From Opitutia bacterium UBA4506 (GTDB lineage Bacteria > Verrucomicrobiota > Verrucomicrobiia > Opitutales > Puniceicoccaceae), in the NCBI GenBank assembly GCA_002388665.1, contig DGMY01000040.1, forward strand, positions 8,093 to 72,092: a stretch of 64,000 bases of DNA, written 5' to 3'. The position numbers were made by a program, and so were the translations under genes. Numbering within the stretch: the first letter of the stretch is position 1; each line of letters begins with the position of its first letter. Positions 1 to 10,060 of the stretch are shown here, one piece after another. The notes beneath the pieces were generated by a model. That model was not told where the DNA came from and did not search any database. It worked only from the letters and a program-made list of their open reading frames with translations.

Positions 1-8
1 TAGTTGCG

Positions 9-743
9 ATGTGGTTCCTTATCGCTAAGCATGACCTGGTTACATTTGAGAAATTGTACTGGTCGAACATCTGGCGCTCGTGGAAGAACATCCTAAGGAT
101 CGCGCTCCCGAGCTGTGTGACAAACATCCTGATGCCTATAGCGGGAGGGATCATTACGTACCTGCTGGCCCAGCATGGACCCGCTGCCGTGGCGGCATCT
201 GGTGTGGCCGGTCGATTGGAGATGTTTGCCTTTATGGTGCCGATGGCATTGGGGATCTCCTTGGTACCCTTCGTCGGGCAGAATTTCGGAGCCGGCCGAC
301 TGGACCGGGTGAAAGAAGGGATGTTTTACGGGAATACCTTCGCATTTGGGTATGGCATCTTTATTGCGGTCATCTTTTGGATCTTCGCCCCGCAATTGGG
401 AGGACTTTTCAGTGACGACATTGAAGTCATCGCTATCCTGACCGAATACCTGAGAATTATTCCGATAGGATACGGACTATTGGAAGTGCAGCGTTACAGT
501 GGGTTTCTGATGAACGGGATTAACATGCCGATGCACTCATTGGGAATGAACGGCATCCGAATTCTTCTGTTTTTGATACCGCTTTCATTGATTGGAAACA
601 GCTGGTTTGGACTGATTGGAGTGTTCTGGGGACGACTGATCACTGACGTCGTTTCGGGGGTGATTGGGATTGTCTGGTCATTGGCAATCCTCCGGAGATT
701 GATGACCAGAAAAGAGTTGGAGAAATCGGAAGCTGTGGGGTAG
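9..743 (+). CDS. MATE family efflux transporter, C-terminal part (5'-truncated by window)
   Basis: Multiple TM helices; MATE-like motifs (AAVAASGVAGRLE, VGQNFGAG..DRV); frame is open upstream to the window edge. Confidence 0.85.
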   Translation: MWFLIAKHDLVTFEKLYWSNIWRSWKNILRIALPSCVTNILMPIAGGIITYLLAQHGPAAVAASGVAGRLEMFAFMVPMALGISLVPFVGQNFGAGRLDRVKEGMFYGNTFAFGYGIFIAVIFWIFAPQLGGLFSDDIEVIAILTEYLRIIPIGYGLLEVQRYSGFLMNGINMPMHSLGMNGIRILLFLIPLSLIGNSWFGLIGVFWGRLITDVVSGVIGIVWSLAILRRLMTRKELEKSEAVG

Positions 744-905
744 CAGGATCCCGACCTACTGGGGGGCGAGTTCATCGGCGGAGGCAGAGCGGGTAGTTGA
801 ACGACCGCTAGAACAGAGTCAAATATCGGCGCCGTCCAATTTGGCAGGAGGATAATGAAAACATATTGAACTGGCCCGACTCTTGCGGAAGGTCTTGTAT
901 TCGAC

Positions 906-2582
906 GTGCAGATGAAACGACTTCTCAGAGCAATATTGTGGATCGCGCTACCTGGCTGTCTTTTGGCCGACACCTTGCCGGCTCCGACCGACACCTTTCC
1001 GGCCCCAGCGGACACAAGCACGCCCCGTGATACGATGGAATCCTTTCTGTCATCTACCGAGAGTATCAATGAGGCTTTTCAGCTAGACAGCTATCTGTCG
1101 GGAAATGAAGACATGGACTGGGAGATCCAGCGGACCCTCTCGACCTTAGATTTGAGTCAAGTGCCGGAATTCCTGAGGCGTCAGAAGAGTCGGGAAGCTG
1201 CCTTGAAATTACGAGAAGTATTGGATCGGGTAGATTTGCCGCCACTGGAGGAAATTCCGGGCCCTGAGTATTCGCAGATACCGGCCATCTGGCAATTGCC
1301 GGGTACAGCGATCGAGATTGAGCGAGTGTCTGAGGGGCCGCGCGCGGGGGATTATTTGTTTTCTGCGCACACGATCGCTGAATTGGACGATTACTACGAT
1401 CGCGTGAAAGGGTTCCCGTACCAGGAGGGTGCGCTGAAGAACTTTTACAACCGATTGCGACACATATCGGGAAGCCCGGTGATTCGAAAGTTTGTCGTAC
1501 AGCTACCACCGTGGGCTCATCGGGTGTGGATGGATTTGGCCGTTTGGCAGTGGATCGGTTACCTTGGGGGCTTGTTGCTGGGATTGGCCGCTTTGGGAAT
1601 CATCCGGAGGCTCGGGAGGTTATCGCGAAACATTGACCCCAGTCGACATCGTGTAGGATTGCTGGTGTCTTCTGTCGTTCCACTGACCTCTCTCTTGGTG
1701 CCGATCGGCTTGAAGTGGTTTATGAACCAAGGGTTGTCCCTCTACGGGGGAATCTTAGAGGTAACCGATTTTGTATTGAATATCCTATTAATCATCACCG
1801 CTTTGTTTGCGGTGTGGGGGGTCGGGTATCGGATTGTGGAAGTGCTTGCCGACGCTACCTCCCGATCAATGGACCGGTTGCTCGTCCGATTGTTTGGGAG
1901 ATTGGCGACAATCTTTGTCGCTGTAGCGGTGCTCATTGAAGGATGTAATAATCTAGGAATTCCCATGACGACGCTTCTTGCGGGTGCTGGGGTGGGCGGG
2001 CTTGCTCTGGCGCTCGGTGCACAAGCGGCAGTGAAGAACATCGTTGGGAGTATGATGATCTTGCTCGACAAACCCTATCGAGTGGGGGAGCGGATCGTTG
2101 CAGGGAAGTTTGACGGTGTTGTGGAGGATGTTGGAATCCGCTCGACCCGGATCCGACTGTTGACGGGGCACGAAGTTACAGTTCCGAACGAGGAAATGGC
2201 CCGGTCGGAGATTGAGAACATCTCACGGCGTCCCTACATTCGAAAATTGTTCCAGTTCTATCTCCCGTTGAACACCACCGAGGCCAGGCTCGCAGGAGCA
2301 TTAAGAGTGATCCGGGAATGTTTGGAGGGCCATGATGGCATGGTGCCAGAGTTTCCACCCCGAGCGTTTGTGGGCGATTTTGAGCGAGACGGAATTAAGA
2401 TCGTCGCCTTAATTTGGTACCATCCACCGGACTATTGGGGCTTTCAGAAATGGATGGAAGCCACCTCTCTGAAAATCCTTAGACGCCTGGAGGAGGAAGG
2501 CATCCGTCTGGTGCCTCCGGCGCAGAAGATTGAATTGGAAGGGGGCTCGAATTCTGGAGAAGGAGAGGCGGATCGCGATTGA
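906..2582 (+). CDS. Mechanosensitive ion channel, MscS family, with large N-terminal periplasmic domain
   Basis: Signal peptide; GVGGLALALGAQ..KNIVGS..ILLDKPYRVGERI..GVVEDVGIRSTRIR..VTVPN MscS core; ATG at 912 is an alternative start. Confidence 0.9.
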   Translation: MQMKRLLRAILWIALPGCLLADTLPAPTDTFPAPADTSTPRDTMESFLSSTESINEAFQLDSYLSGNEDMDWEIQRTLSTLDLSQVPEFLRRQKSREAALKLREVLDRVDLPPLEEIPGPEYSQIPAIWQLPGTAIEIERVSEGPRAGDYLFSAHTIAELDDYYDRVKGFPYQEGALKNFYNRLRHISGSPVIRKFVVQLPPWAHRVWMDLAVWQWIGYLGGLLLGLAALGIIRRLGRLSRNIDPSRHRVGLLVSSVVPLTSLLVPIGLKWFMNQGLSLYGGILEVTDFVLNILLIITALFAVWGVGYRIVEVLADATSRSMDRLLVRLFGRLATIFVAVAVLIEGCNNLGIPMTTLLAGAGVGGLALALGAQAAVKNIVGSMMILLDKPYRVGERIVAGKFDGVVEDVGIRSTRIRLLTGHEVTVPNEEMARSEIENISRRPYIRKLFQFYLPLNTTEARLAGALRVIRECLEGHDGMVPEFPPRAFVGDFERDGIKIVALIWYHPPDYWGFQKWMEATSLKILRRLEEEGIRLVPPAQKIELEGGSNSGEGEADRD

Positions 2583-2630
2583 GTGGTTTTCGGACTGGCC
2601 AAATTGGGAGCGTTTCCGTAATTCCCTGCT

Positions 2631-3173
2631 ATGAAAGCACGACTACTCCTCCCGCTTGTATTAATCGCCCTCGTTGGATGCTCCAGCGTTCCTTTGCCGA
2701 AAAAAGAGGCGAAAGGGAATGAGACATTTGCGTTCTATAACCCTGACGTAGCGAAGTTGCCTGAGTTTGCGGGTAAGTCGGTAGAAGCCATGAAGACGAT
2801 TCAGGATGAGTTGAGGGCGCAATTGACTGCCGCAGGTCTGACTGAAGTTAAAGACATCACCGAAAAGCCCGATCTGATCGTGGCCTATCTGTTGGTCTTG
2901 CAGAACAACACCGTAACAACCGCAGTCCGCGATTACTACGTGAGCTCTGGGGTTGAGATCATCGAAGCAGCCCACGAGTATTCGCAGGATCACAAGCCAC
3001 ATCGTAAGTTTCAGTCGGGTACTGTAGTGGTCGATGTGATTGACGTGAAAACCGAGAAGCTCATCTACCGCGATTACGCTACTAGAGAAGTGAAGAAGGG
3101 ATTGACCTCCGAGCAGCGTCAGAAGCTTGTGCGTAAGGCCACCGATGAGGCTATTCAGCAATTTTTGGATTAG
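2631..3173 (+). CDS. Lipoprotein, DUF4136-like
   Basis: Lipobox ALVGC; GTVVVDVIDVKTEKLIYR..A pattern typical of DUF4136. Confidence 0.7.
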   Translation: MKARLLLPLVLIALVGCSSVPLPKKEAKGNETFAFYNPDVAKLPEFAGKSVEAMKTIQDELRAQLTAAGLTEVKDITEKPDLIVAYLLVLQNNTVTTAVRDYYVSSGVEIIEAAHEYSQDHKPHRKFQSGTVVVDVIDVKTEKLIYRDYATREVKKGLTSEQRQKLVRKATDEAIQQFLD

Positions 3174-3190
3174 GACTTTTGAATTTTAGC

Positions 3191-3226
3191 AAAAAGCCGG
3201 ACTCCCGTGGGAGTTCGGCTTTTTTT
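3191..3226 (+). terminator. Intrinsic terminator (A-tract/hairpin/T-tract, possibly bidirectional)
   Basis: AAAAAGCCGGACTCCC-GT-GGGAGTTCGGCTTTTTTT. Confidence 0.85.
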
Positions 3227-3454
3227 ATCTACCTGCCTGGCTATTCAGTAGATGGAGAAAGGAAAGCTTCTGTCTCTGTTAGCCTAGCTGGAAGGCCTAG
3301 GAAGGGCTAGCGCCACTTGGGAGGGAGTGTTGTTACTGCACCTGTCTAGCGGAGAACCGGGTTCCAGCGGCGCTCGAGCCTTCATCGTCGTCATGCGCGA
3401 TGGGGGAGGTATAGATCTCTCGGTAGGGGCCTGTGAGCGATATCCTCTGGGCAC

Positions 3455-3485
3455 AAAAAAACGCCTCGGTAAAAACGAAGCGTTT
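3455..3485 (-). terminator. Intrinsic terminator downstream of tRNA-Val
   Basis: Minus strand AAACGCTTCG-TTTTTAC-CGAGGCGTTTTTTT, immediately 3' of the tRNA. Confidence 0.8.
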
Positions 3486-3488
3486 AAA

Positions 3489-3565
<77 letters not shown>

Positions 3566-3712
3566 AATGAAGAAAACGAGATTGGGGATCGGAGAACTCA
3601 AAGCAACTCCTTTTTTGAAAAAATGTTAAGAAATTTTATTTTTCTTTCTCTTGACGAGCGAGCTGCGAACTTGTTTTCTCCTTCGTTTACTTTCCATTCA
3701 AAGATCAGAGAT

Positions 3713-4081
3713 ATGAACGCGTTGATTTCCGAAATTACCAATGAGCAGCTACAGGACGACCGCTCCAACTTTAAAGTTGGGGACGGTGTTAAAGTCCACA
3801 CTCGTGTGCGTGAAGGGGAAAAGACCCGTATTCAGATATTTGCGGGGATTGTGATCGCTCGTAAAGGAGCGGGTATCCACGAAACATTTACCGTACGTCG
3901 TATTGCTTCGGGTGTAGGAGTTGAGCGTGTTTTTCCCGTTCACTCCCCAAACATCGAGAAGATCGAAGTTGATCGTGAGAGTGTGACCATGCGTGCTCGT
4001 ATGTACTACATGCGTGAGCGTATCGGCAAGCGCGCGAGCCTCGTGAAGGAAAAGCGCCTCGTCGAACAAGGCCGGAAATAA
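3713..4081 (+). CDS. rplS: 50S ribosomal protein L19
   Basis: FKVGDGVKVHTRVREGEKTRIQIFAGIVIARKG..ETFTVRRIASGVGVERVFP; start moved to MNALIS ATG at 3713. Confidence 0.97.
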   Translation: MNALISEITNEQLQDDRSNFKVGDGVKVHTRVREGEKTRIQIFAGIVIARKGAGIHETFTVRRIASGVGVERVFPVHSPNIEKIEVDRESVTMRARMYYMRERIGKRASLVKEKRLVEQGRK

Positions 4082-4102
4082 CCGGCGGCTCGGGGGGCGG
4101 GC

Positions 4103-4282
4103 ATGGATCCGGCGAAGCGGAACCGCAACCTGTTTATCCTCGCGCTGATCGTGGCGGCAGTCGCCGTAGGTTTTCTGAAATTGCATTTGTACCGATCTCT
4201 GCTGAAAGAAGGCTTTCAGGAAGAGAAGGTAGTTGAGTCGGTTTCTACACCGAGCGAAAACGAACCGAGTTCCCAACCATGA
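4103..4282 (+). CDS. Small single-pass membrane protein (59 aa), not in the ORF track
   Basis: MDPAKRNRNLFILALIVAAVAVGFLKLHLYRSLLKEGFQEEKVVESVSTPSENEPSSQP*; basic N-terminus plus one TM helix; stop overlaps the trpA start (ATGA at 4279-4282). Confidence 0.65.
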   Translation: MDPAKRNRNLFILALIVAAVAVGFLKLHLYRSLLKEGFQEEKVVESVSTPSENEPSSQP

Positions 4283-5100
4283 GTCGAGCAGACCGTATCG
4301 CCCACGCCTTCGATCCAGAACGTCTCAAGGCGGTTGGAAAATCGTCCGCATTCGTTTCATACACATGTGCCGGAGATCCGGACCTTGATACCTCGGTAAA
4401 GATTTACCGCAGTCTAATCGAGGCGGGCGTGGATGTGCTGGAGATCGGTGTTCCTTTCAGTGACCCGCTTGCAGACGGGCCCACGAATCAGCGGGCATCG
4501 GAGAGGGCATTGGCAAATGGGATGACCTCGGATCGAGTCTTTGAGCTCGTACGGCGTGTTCGCGAGATCTCGGACGAAGTGCCGATTGTTTTCTATACCT
4601 ATTACAATCTGGTATTTTCCCGCGGGCATGAAGAATACATTCAACGTGCGAAGGCCGCAGGGGTTGATGGGATTCTCGTCTTGGATCTACCTCCCGAAGA
4701 GGGGGAAGACCACCTCGCCCTCTGTAAGAAGCACGATTTGAAGACGGTTCTCATCGTGGCGCCGACGACCCCGGAGTCGCGTCTTCCCTTGATCAGTGCG
4801 GCTGCTACAGGATTCATCTACTATGTATCGCGGGAAGGGGTTACCGGCGAGCGGACTGATCTTGCACAGGGCGTTGAAGAGTCTCTGCAAAAAATCCGTG
4901 GAACTACGACATTGCCGGTAGTCGTTGGATTTGGGATTTCCAACCAAGAACAAGTTCGCGCTACGGCCAAGTCTGCATCTGGGGTAGTTGTAGGGAGTGC
5001 GATTGTCAAAAAGTGCGAGAATCTTTCGACAGATTCGGAAGATGGCTGGGCGGAGTTTGATGAGTTTTTGCGTGACCTGGTTGCGGGTTGCACAGTTTGA
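4279..5100 (+). CDS. trpA: Tryptophan synthase alpha chain
   Basis: VLEIGVPFSDPLADGP, YYVSREGVTG, VVVGFGIS, GVVVGSAIV. Confidence 0.96.
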   Translation: MSRADRIAHAFDPERLKAVGKSSAFVSYTCAGDPDLDTSVKIYRSLIEAGVDVLEIGVPFSDPLADGPTNQRASERALANGMTSDRVFELVRRVREISDEVPIVFYTYYNLVFSRGHEEYIQRAKAAGVDGILVLDLPPEEGEDHLALCKKHDLKTVLIVAPTTPESRLPLISAAATGFIYYVSREGVTGERTDLAQGVEESLQKIRGTTTLPVVVGFGISNQEQVRATAKSASGVVVGSAIVKKCENLSTDSEDGWAEFDEFLRDLVAGCTV

Positions 5101-5162
5101 TTCTTCGAGCGCGCAGGAATGGATCTTGCGCCGAAGGACAGGACGTTTTTTTCTCCCCATTC

Positions 5163-5993
5163 ATGCTTTCTTTCTTTGCTAGAAATCCTGTCCCGGTGAT
5201 TCGCACCATCTTCTCCGGAACGTTGCTTCTTCTGCTGGCCTCTGGCTGTGCTACGATGGATAGTCGCAGTGCGGACGAAGTTGCGGAGCACCGGAAGCGA
5301 TATGAAAGTGCCATGGCGGAGTTGGAAAAGGTGTCGTTTGGCTCGGAGAAAGTGGTATCTTTGCATCCGAGAATGATTGCGCGGTCGAAAATGTCAGCGC
5401 AGCGGGTTGAGATTCGGGCGGAAGCTCAGGATGACGGCCTGCAGTTTGCGAATCGCTCCGCGACGGTTGTGGGATATCCGGTGATGCTGGAACTTACGAA
5501 CGAGGACAGTGTTGTGGTGAAAATCACTGATTTGGAAATTCGTCGGCGACCTCCTCATTTGGTTGGCCGGTATGAAGACCTGATTGGAACAGATCCGATT
5601 GTGCTGCAACCGCAGGAGTCGTGGGTAGGCAAATTTATTGTGTCACGAAAGAGCGGTTGGTATCGCGTAACGGTACAAGCAGCGGCTCCTGAAGGTTGGC
5701 TTGCGATTCCCGGACCAAATACTCGCAGTGTATACTTTAGGGAAGAGACCAACGCGAATCTAGGTTCTGCTGGATACAGTGCAGTTGTGACCTTCTGGAA
5801 TCTGAGCGAGGAGGCGGCGACCTTCCGTTATTGGCTAACCGCAGACGACGGGCACGGGGTACCCAAGTCATCCTTTTCTCAAGGGCTGATGGAGCTGGAG
5901 GCTGGTGAAGCGATCCAGATCGAAGTGATTACAGATACCCGAAACTGGTCACTGGTCACGGCACCGCCTGTCGAGGAAGAAGGAGGAGAGTAA
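5163..5993 (+). CDS. Hypothetical lipoprotein
   Basis: Lipobox LLLLLASGC after the likely start at 5163; beta-rich body; no family recognised. Confidence 0.6.
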   Translation: MLSFFARNPVPVIRTIFSGTLLLLLASGCATMDSRSADEVAEHRKRYESAMAELEKVSFGSEKVVSLHPRMIARSKMSAQRVEIRAEAQDDGLQFANRSATVVGYPVMLELTNEDSVVVKITDLEIRRRPPHLVGRYEDLIGTDPIVLQPQESWVGKFIVSRKSGWYRVTVQAAAPEGWLAIPGPNTRSVYFREETNANLGSAGYSAVVTFWNLSEEAATFRYWLTADDGHGVPKSSFSQGLMELEAGEAIQIEVITDTRNWSLVTAPPVEEEGGE

Positions 5994-5998
5994 GTCGT

Positions 5999-6793
5999 AT
6001 GAAAGTGTACCTCGATTTAATGCGTAGAATTCTTGAGGAAGGATCCTACCGTGACGACCGCACCGGAACGGGAACTTGGTCGCTCTTTGGCGCACAGCTT
6101 CGTTTTCGGATGGAGGATGGCTTTCCACTGGTGACAACCAAGAAAGTTCACCTGAAGTCCATCATCCACGAATTACTGTGGTTCTTGCGTGGGGAGACCA
6201 ACGCCAAGTCTCTTCAGGAGAACGGGGTAAAAATCTGGAACGAGTGGGCTGATCCTGACGGGGAACTGGGACGAGTGTACGGCGCACAATGGCGTTCCTG
6301 GCAGCGACCTGACGGAACCCATATCGATCAGATTGCGGAAGTAGTTCGGTCGATTCGGGAGAATCCCGACAGCCGTCGGCACATGGTATTGGCCTGGAAT
6401 CCGGGGGAAATTGAGCAGATGGCTTTGCCACCGTGTCACGCGCTCTTCCAATTCTACGTAGCAGACGGCCGCCTGAGCTGCCAATTGTATCAGCGTAGCG
6501 CTGACATTTTCCTGGGTGTTCCCTTTAATATCGCTTCCTATGCACTGTTGCTGCAGATGATGGCGCAAGTATGCGGATTGCAGGCGGGCGACTTTGTGCA
6601 CACCTTTGGGGATGTTCATTTGTACTCCAACCACAAGGAGCAAGCGAAAACGCAATTGTCTCGAGAACCGCGGCCATTGCCACGAATGATCATCAATCCA
6701 GCACGCCTGGAGATCGACGATTTTTGCTATGAAGACTTTGAGTTGGAGGGCTATGATCCCTGGCCCGCGATTCGGGCCCCAGTTGCCGTCTAG
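5999..6793 (+). CDS. thyA: Thymidylate synthase
   Basis: [22 protein letters not shown] (catalytic Cys), [18 protein letters not shown]. Confidence 0.98.
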   Translation: MKVYLDLMRRILEEGSYRDDRTGTGTWSLFGAQLRFRMEDGFPLVTTKKVHLKSIIHELLWFLRGETNAKSLQENGVKIWNEWADPDGELGRVYGAQWRSWQRPDGTHIDQIAEVVRSIRENPDSRRHMVLAWNPGEIEQMALPPCHALFQFYVADGRLSCQLYQRSADIFLGVPFNIASYALLLQMMAQVCGLQAGDFVHTFGDVHLYSNHKEQAKTQLSREPRPLPRMIINPARLEIDDFCYEDFELEGYDPWPAIRAPVAV

Positions 6794-6796
6794 AGA

Positions 6797-7288
6797 ATGA
6801 AGGACCTTACCCAAGTCAGCAGCGTATCCTGGATAGCGGTTGCCGCGATGGCGGAGAATCGCGTGATCGGCAAGGACGGCGCACTCCCCTGGCATCTGCC
6901 CGGAGATCTAAAATTCTTCAAGCAGCTAACGACTGGAGGAACGATACTCATGGGAAGGAAAACCTTTGAGTCGATCGGTCGACCTCTGCCCAGGAGACGG
7001 AATCTGGTATTGAGCCGGTCCGGAGTCAACGCTCCTGGGATCGAAGTCTTCTCCTCCGTAGATGATCTCTTGGGCGTTCTGGAGCGGGATGAACGCATCT
7101 TTGTTATCGGAGGTGAGGAGATTTACCGGCTGACCATGGACCTTTGGACTGAAGTGTATTTAACGCGGGTCTCGGGTAATCCTGATGGAGATGCCTTTTT
7201 TCCTGAGTTTGAGGAGCAATTCCCCGAAGTGCGCACTGTGCACGAGGAAGAAGACTTCACCGTAGAGCACTTCCGCCGGAAATTGTAG
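6797..7288 (+). CDS. folA: Dihydrofolate reductase
   Basis: VIGKDGALPWHLPGDLKFFK, MGRKTFESIGRPLPRRRN, VIGGEEIY, GDAFFP; directly after thyA. Confidence 0.95.
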   Translation: MKDLTQVSSVSWIAVAAMAENRVIGKDGALPWHLPGDLKFFKQLTTGGTILMGRKTFESIGRPLPRRRNLVLSRSGVNAPGIEVFSSVDDLLGVLERDERIFVIGGEEIYRLTMDLWTEVYLTRVSGNPDGDAFFPEFEEQFPEVRTVHEEEDFTVEHFRRKL

Positions 7289-7327
7289 GAGTCGACTGGG
7301 GATTCATTTGCGGGGCTATTTGCCCTG

Positions 7328-7981
7328 ATGACGGGCTCAACATTTTCCGCACACTTGATTGCAGGAAGCGGAAAACGTGGCATGCTGGCAGCCATGGTTG
7401 AAGATACTCGAAAGACCGTCACTCTCTTTCGCCATGGCGAAACGGAGTGGAGCCGCAGCGGACAGCACACATCGATCACCGATTTACCTTTAACTGAGAA
7501 AGGGCGGGCCGAGGCGCAACAGTTGCAACCCCTCTACAGCGGAGGCAATTTTTCTTTGATTTTATCGAGCCCGCGGAGAAGAGCCTTGGAAACAGCCGAA
7601 CTTGCGGGTGCGGGGAAGGACGTGGAAGAGGACGCTGACCTCGCGGAATGGTACTACGGGGATTATGAAGGTCTGACGACAGCTCAGATACGATCGAACG
7701 TTCCCGACTGGACCATCTTTACCCATCCGGTGCCGGGTGGGGAGACTGGAGCTGAAGTGGCCGCTCGGTGTGACCGGGTAATAGACCGGGCGATTCGGGC
7801 GGATGGGGACGTCGCGCTTTTCGCGCACGGTCATCTATTTCGTGTATTCGTCGCGCGATGGCTGCGATTGGGTCCAGAAGAGGGCAGGCATTTTGCCATA
7901 GGCACGGCCACTAGGAACCTACTTGGATACGAGCACGAGAACCGAGCCGTATTGATCTGGAACGCACCGACTAGCGCTTGA
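7328..7981 (+). CDS. Histidine phosphatase (phosphoglycerate mutase family)
   Basis: RHGETEWS motif, EWYYGDYEG, AHGH; true start may be 7382 or 7394. Confidence 0.9.
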   Translation: MTGSTFSAHLIAGSGKRGMLAAMVEDTRKTVTLFRHGETEWSRSGQHTSITDLPLTEKGRAEAQQLQPLYSGGNFSLILSSPRRRALETAELAGAGKDVEEDADLAEWYYGDYEGLTTAQIRSNVPDWTIFTHPVPGGETGAEVAARCDRVIDRAIRADGDVALFAHGHLFRVFVARWLRLGPEEGRHFAIGTATRNLLGYEHENRAVLIWNAPTSA

Positions 7982-8078
7982 GGCGGAGGCCGGTCAATTC
8001 GGTGGGAGCCAGGGCTTTGTCGGAACTTCCTCGATGACGGAAGAAGCTGACGGAGATTGAAGAAGAGATCCTGGCGGC

Positions 8079-9098
8079 TCAACCTTGGATTGTGTCGAGC
8101 AGGGCCTCGACGCAGTCGATCCGTGTCTTGGGGCTAAGCCCGTGGCCGCCGTTAAAAATAAATCCTGGATCGCCCTTGCGGTCGTCGAGGATTCTCCTGG
8201 CTGCCGCTCGCACGGATGCGGGGTCGGTCTCGAGGATCAGGGGATCAAGATTGCCTTGAATCGCAATGGAGGGCCCGACGGTATCGCGGGCAAGGGCGAG
8301 TGGAGTAGACCAATCAATCGCGATAGCCTCACTCTTCACCGATCGCTGCTCGTTGAGACGGCTGGCGGCGCCGCGGGAGAAGAAAATCGACGGTTTATCG
8401 CAGGAGCGGATGATTTGGCGGATGGGTTCCAGGCACCATTCCTCGTAGAAATCGGCGGGACAAAGAGAGGCCCATGAGTCGAAGAGTTGGATCGCGTCAG
8501 CCCCTGATTGGCATTGGAGTTTCACGTACTCGGAGCAGGCCGCAGTGATCTTCTCGCGCAGAATGCGGGCGGCATCGGGAGCCCGATAAAGCAGCTCACG
8601 GAGATTTCGTCCCTCGCCGGGGGAGCCTCCCTCAACCAAGTAGAGTGCCAGAGTCCAGGGTGCTCCGCAGAATCCCAGTAGAGTGGTTTCCTCCCTGAGT
8701 TCAGACCGCAATTGCTGGAGAGCTTTACCTACGTAGCTCAAGCGCTCGGCAGTACCCTCAGCCTGAAGCGCATTGACCTCCTCCTCCGATCGCACTGTGC
8801 GTTCCAGCTCAATTCCACCCTGATCACGGAATCGATAATCGACCCCGAGAGCTTCGGGAATGACCAGAATATCGCTGAAGAGGATAGCGGCGTCTAGGGT
8901 GGGGAACCGCTGGAGCGGTTGAAGCGTGACCTCGGTTGCCAAATCAGGCGTTTTGACCATTGTCCGAAAATCATGCTTCTGTTTGAGGGCTCGGTACTCG
9001 GGCAGGTAGCGACCTGCTTGACGCATCAGCCAGACCGGAGGCCGGTCGGAATTTTGGCAGGCGAGGGCATCGAGAAAACGTTTCCGAGAAGTGATCAT
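8079..9098 (-). CDS. hemE: Uroporphyrinogen decarboxylase
   Basis: PVWLMRQAGRYLPEY, DAAILFSDIL, QGNLDP, FNGGHG. Confidence 0.96.
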   Translation of the reverse strand: MITSRKRFLDALACQNSDRPPVWLMRQAGRYLPEYRALKQKHDFRTMVKTPDLATEVTLQPLQRFPTLDAAILFSDILVIPEALGVDYRFRDQGGIELERTVRSEEEVNALQAEGTAERLSYVGKALQQLRSELREETTLLGFCGAPWTLALYLVEGGSPGEGRNLRELLYRAPDAARILREKITAACSEYVKLQCQSGADAIQLFDSWASLCPADFYEEWCLEPIRQIIRSCDKPSIFFSRGAASRLNEQRSVKSEAIAIDWSTPLALARDTVGPSIAIQGNLDPLILETDPASVRAAARRILDDRKGDPGFIFNGGHGLSPKTRIDCVEALLDTIQG

Positions 9099-10060
9099 GG
9101 GCGGGATTCGGTCGATTCAAAAGGGGCTCCTGGAGAGAGCCAGTCGCGGGGGCGAAGAAATTCCTCTACCAGTAGGGCTTCGGGCGTGTCTGGGGTTGGT
9201 TCCCAGCCGTAAGACCAACAGGCCTCGGCAGGGAGAGACATCAGGATGGATTCGGTGCGGCCACCGGAGACCAAGCCGAAGCGAGTTCCCCTGTCGTGGA
9301 GAAGATTGAACTCGACGTAGCGGCCTCGTCGAAGGCGCTGAAACTGTTTTTGTTCCTCGTTAAAATCGGTGGCGGCGCGTTGGTCTAAGAGTGAAAAGAA
9401 GGCGTCGCGGAAGCCGTATCCAACTGATTTTGCGAACGCGAAAGTACGCTCGAACCCGAGTTCACAAAAGTCGTCGAAGAAGATGCCTCCGACCCCACGG
9501 CACTCATCGCGGTGGGGGAGATAGAAATAGCGATCGCATTCCTGTTTGAATCTGCGGTAGAGGCCCGGCTGAGACTGCTCGCAGATATCGTGAGCCGCCT
9601 GGTGCCAACGGATCGCATCCTCTTTAAATCCGTAGCACGGAGTCAGATCAAACCCGCCGCCAAACCACCATTGTATTTCCTGATCCTCGTGTTCTGGAAG
9701 GATGAAAAATGCGCGCACATTCATGTGGGCAGTCGGAGCAAATGGATTACACGGATGAAGCACGACGGAGACACCCATGGCTTCAAACGGACGACCGGCG
9801 AGCTCTGGCTTCCTGGCGGATGCAGGGGCTGGTAGGGCGTCGCCGCATACGCGGGAGAAATTGACACCACCCTTTTCGAGGATTCGACCACCTTGAACGG
9901 CGCGGGAAATTCCGCCGCCACCGCCGGGTCGATTCCACTTGTCCTCAATGATCAATTCGGAGCCCTCGCGGGCCTCGATCTCCTTGCAGAGATCATCCTG
10001 AAGGCGGAGGAAAGCCTCTTGGACCCGATTTGGTTCTTCAGGCTGAATGGTCTGCCTCAC
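9095..10060 (-). CDS. hemF: Oxygen-dependent coproporphyrinogen III oxidase
   Basis: EKGGVNFS, HMNVR, WFGGGFDLTP, RRGRYVEFNL..DRGT.FGL..GGRTESILMSLP. Confidence 0.96.
   Translation of the reverse strand: MRQTIQPEEPNRVQEAFLRLQDDLCKEIEAREGSELIIEDKWNRPGGGGGISRAVQGGRILEKGGVNFSRVCGDALPAPASARKPELAGRPFEAMGVSVVLHPCNPFAPTAHMNVRAFFILPEHEDQEIQWWFGGGFDLTPCYGFKEDAIRWHQAAHDICEQSQPGLYRRFKQECDRYFYLPHRDECRGVGGIFFDDFCELGFERTFAFAKSVGYGFRDAFFSLLDQRAATDFNEEQKQFQRLRRGRYVEFNLLHDRGTRFGLVSGGRTESILMSLPAEACWSYGWEPTPDTPEALLVEEFLRPRDWLSPGAPFESTESRP

Noticed and set aside
3227-3454. About 230-bp gap between two terminators, possible ncRNA; ORFs 3327-3554 and 3284-3601
   Set aside because: No recognisable Rfam-type motif; the ORFs run through tRNA-Val and are shadows
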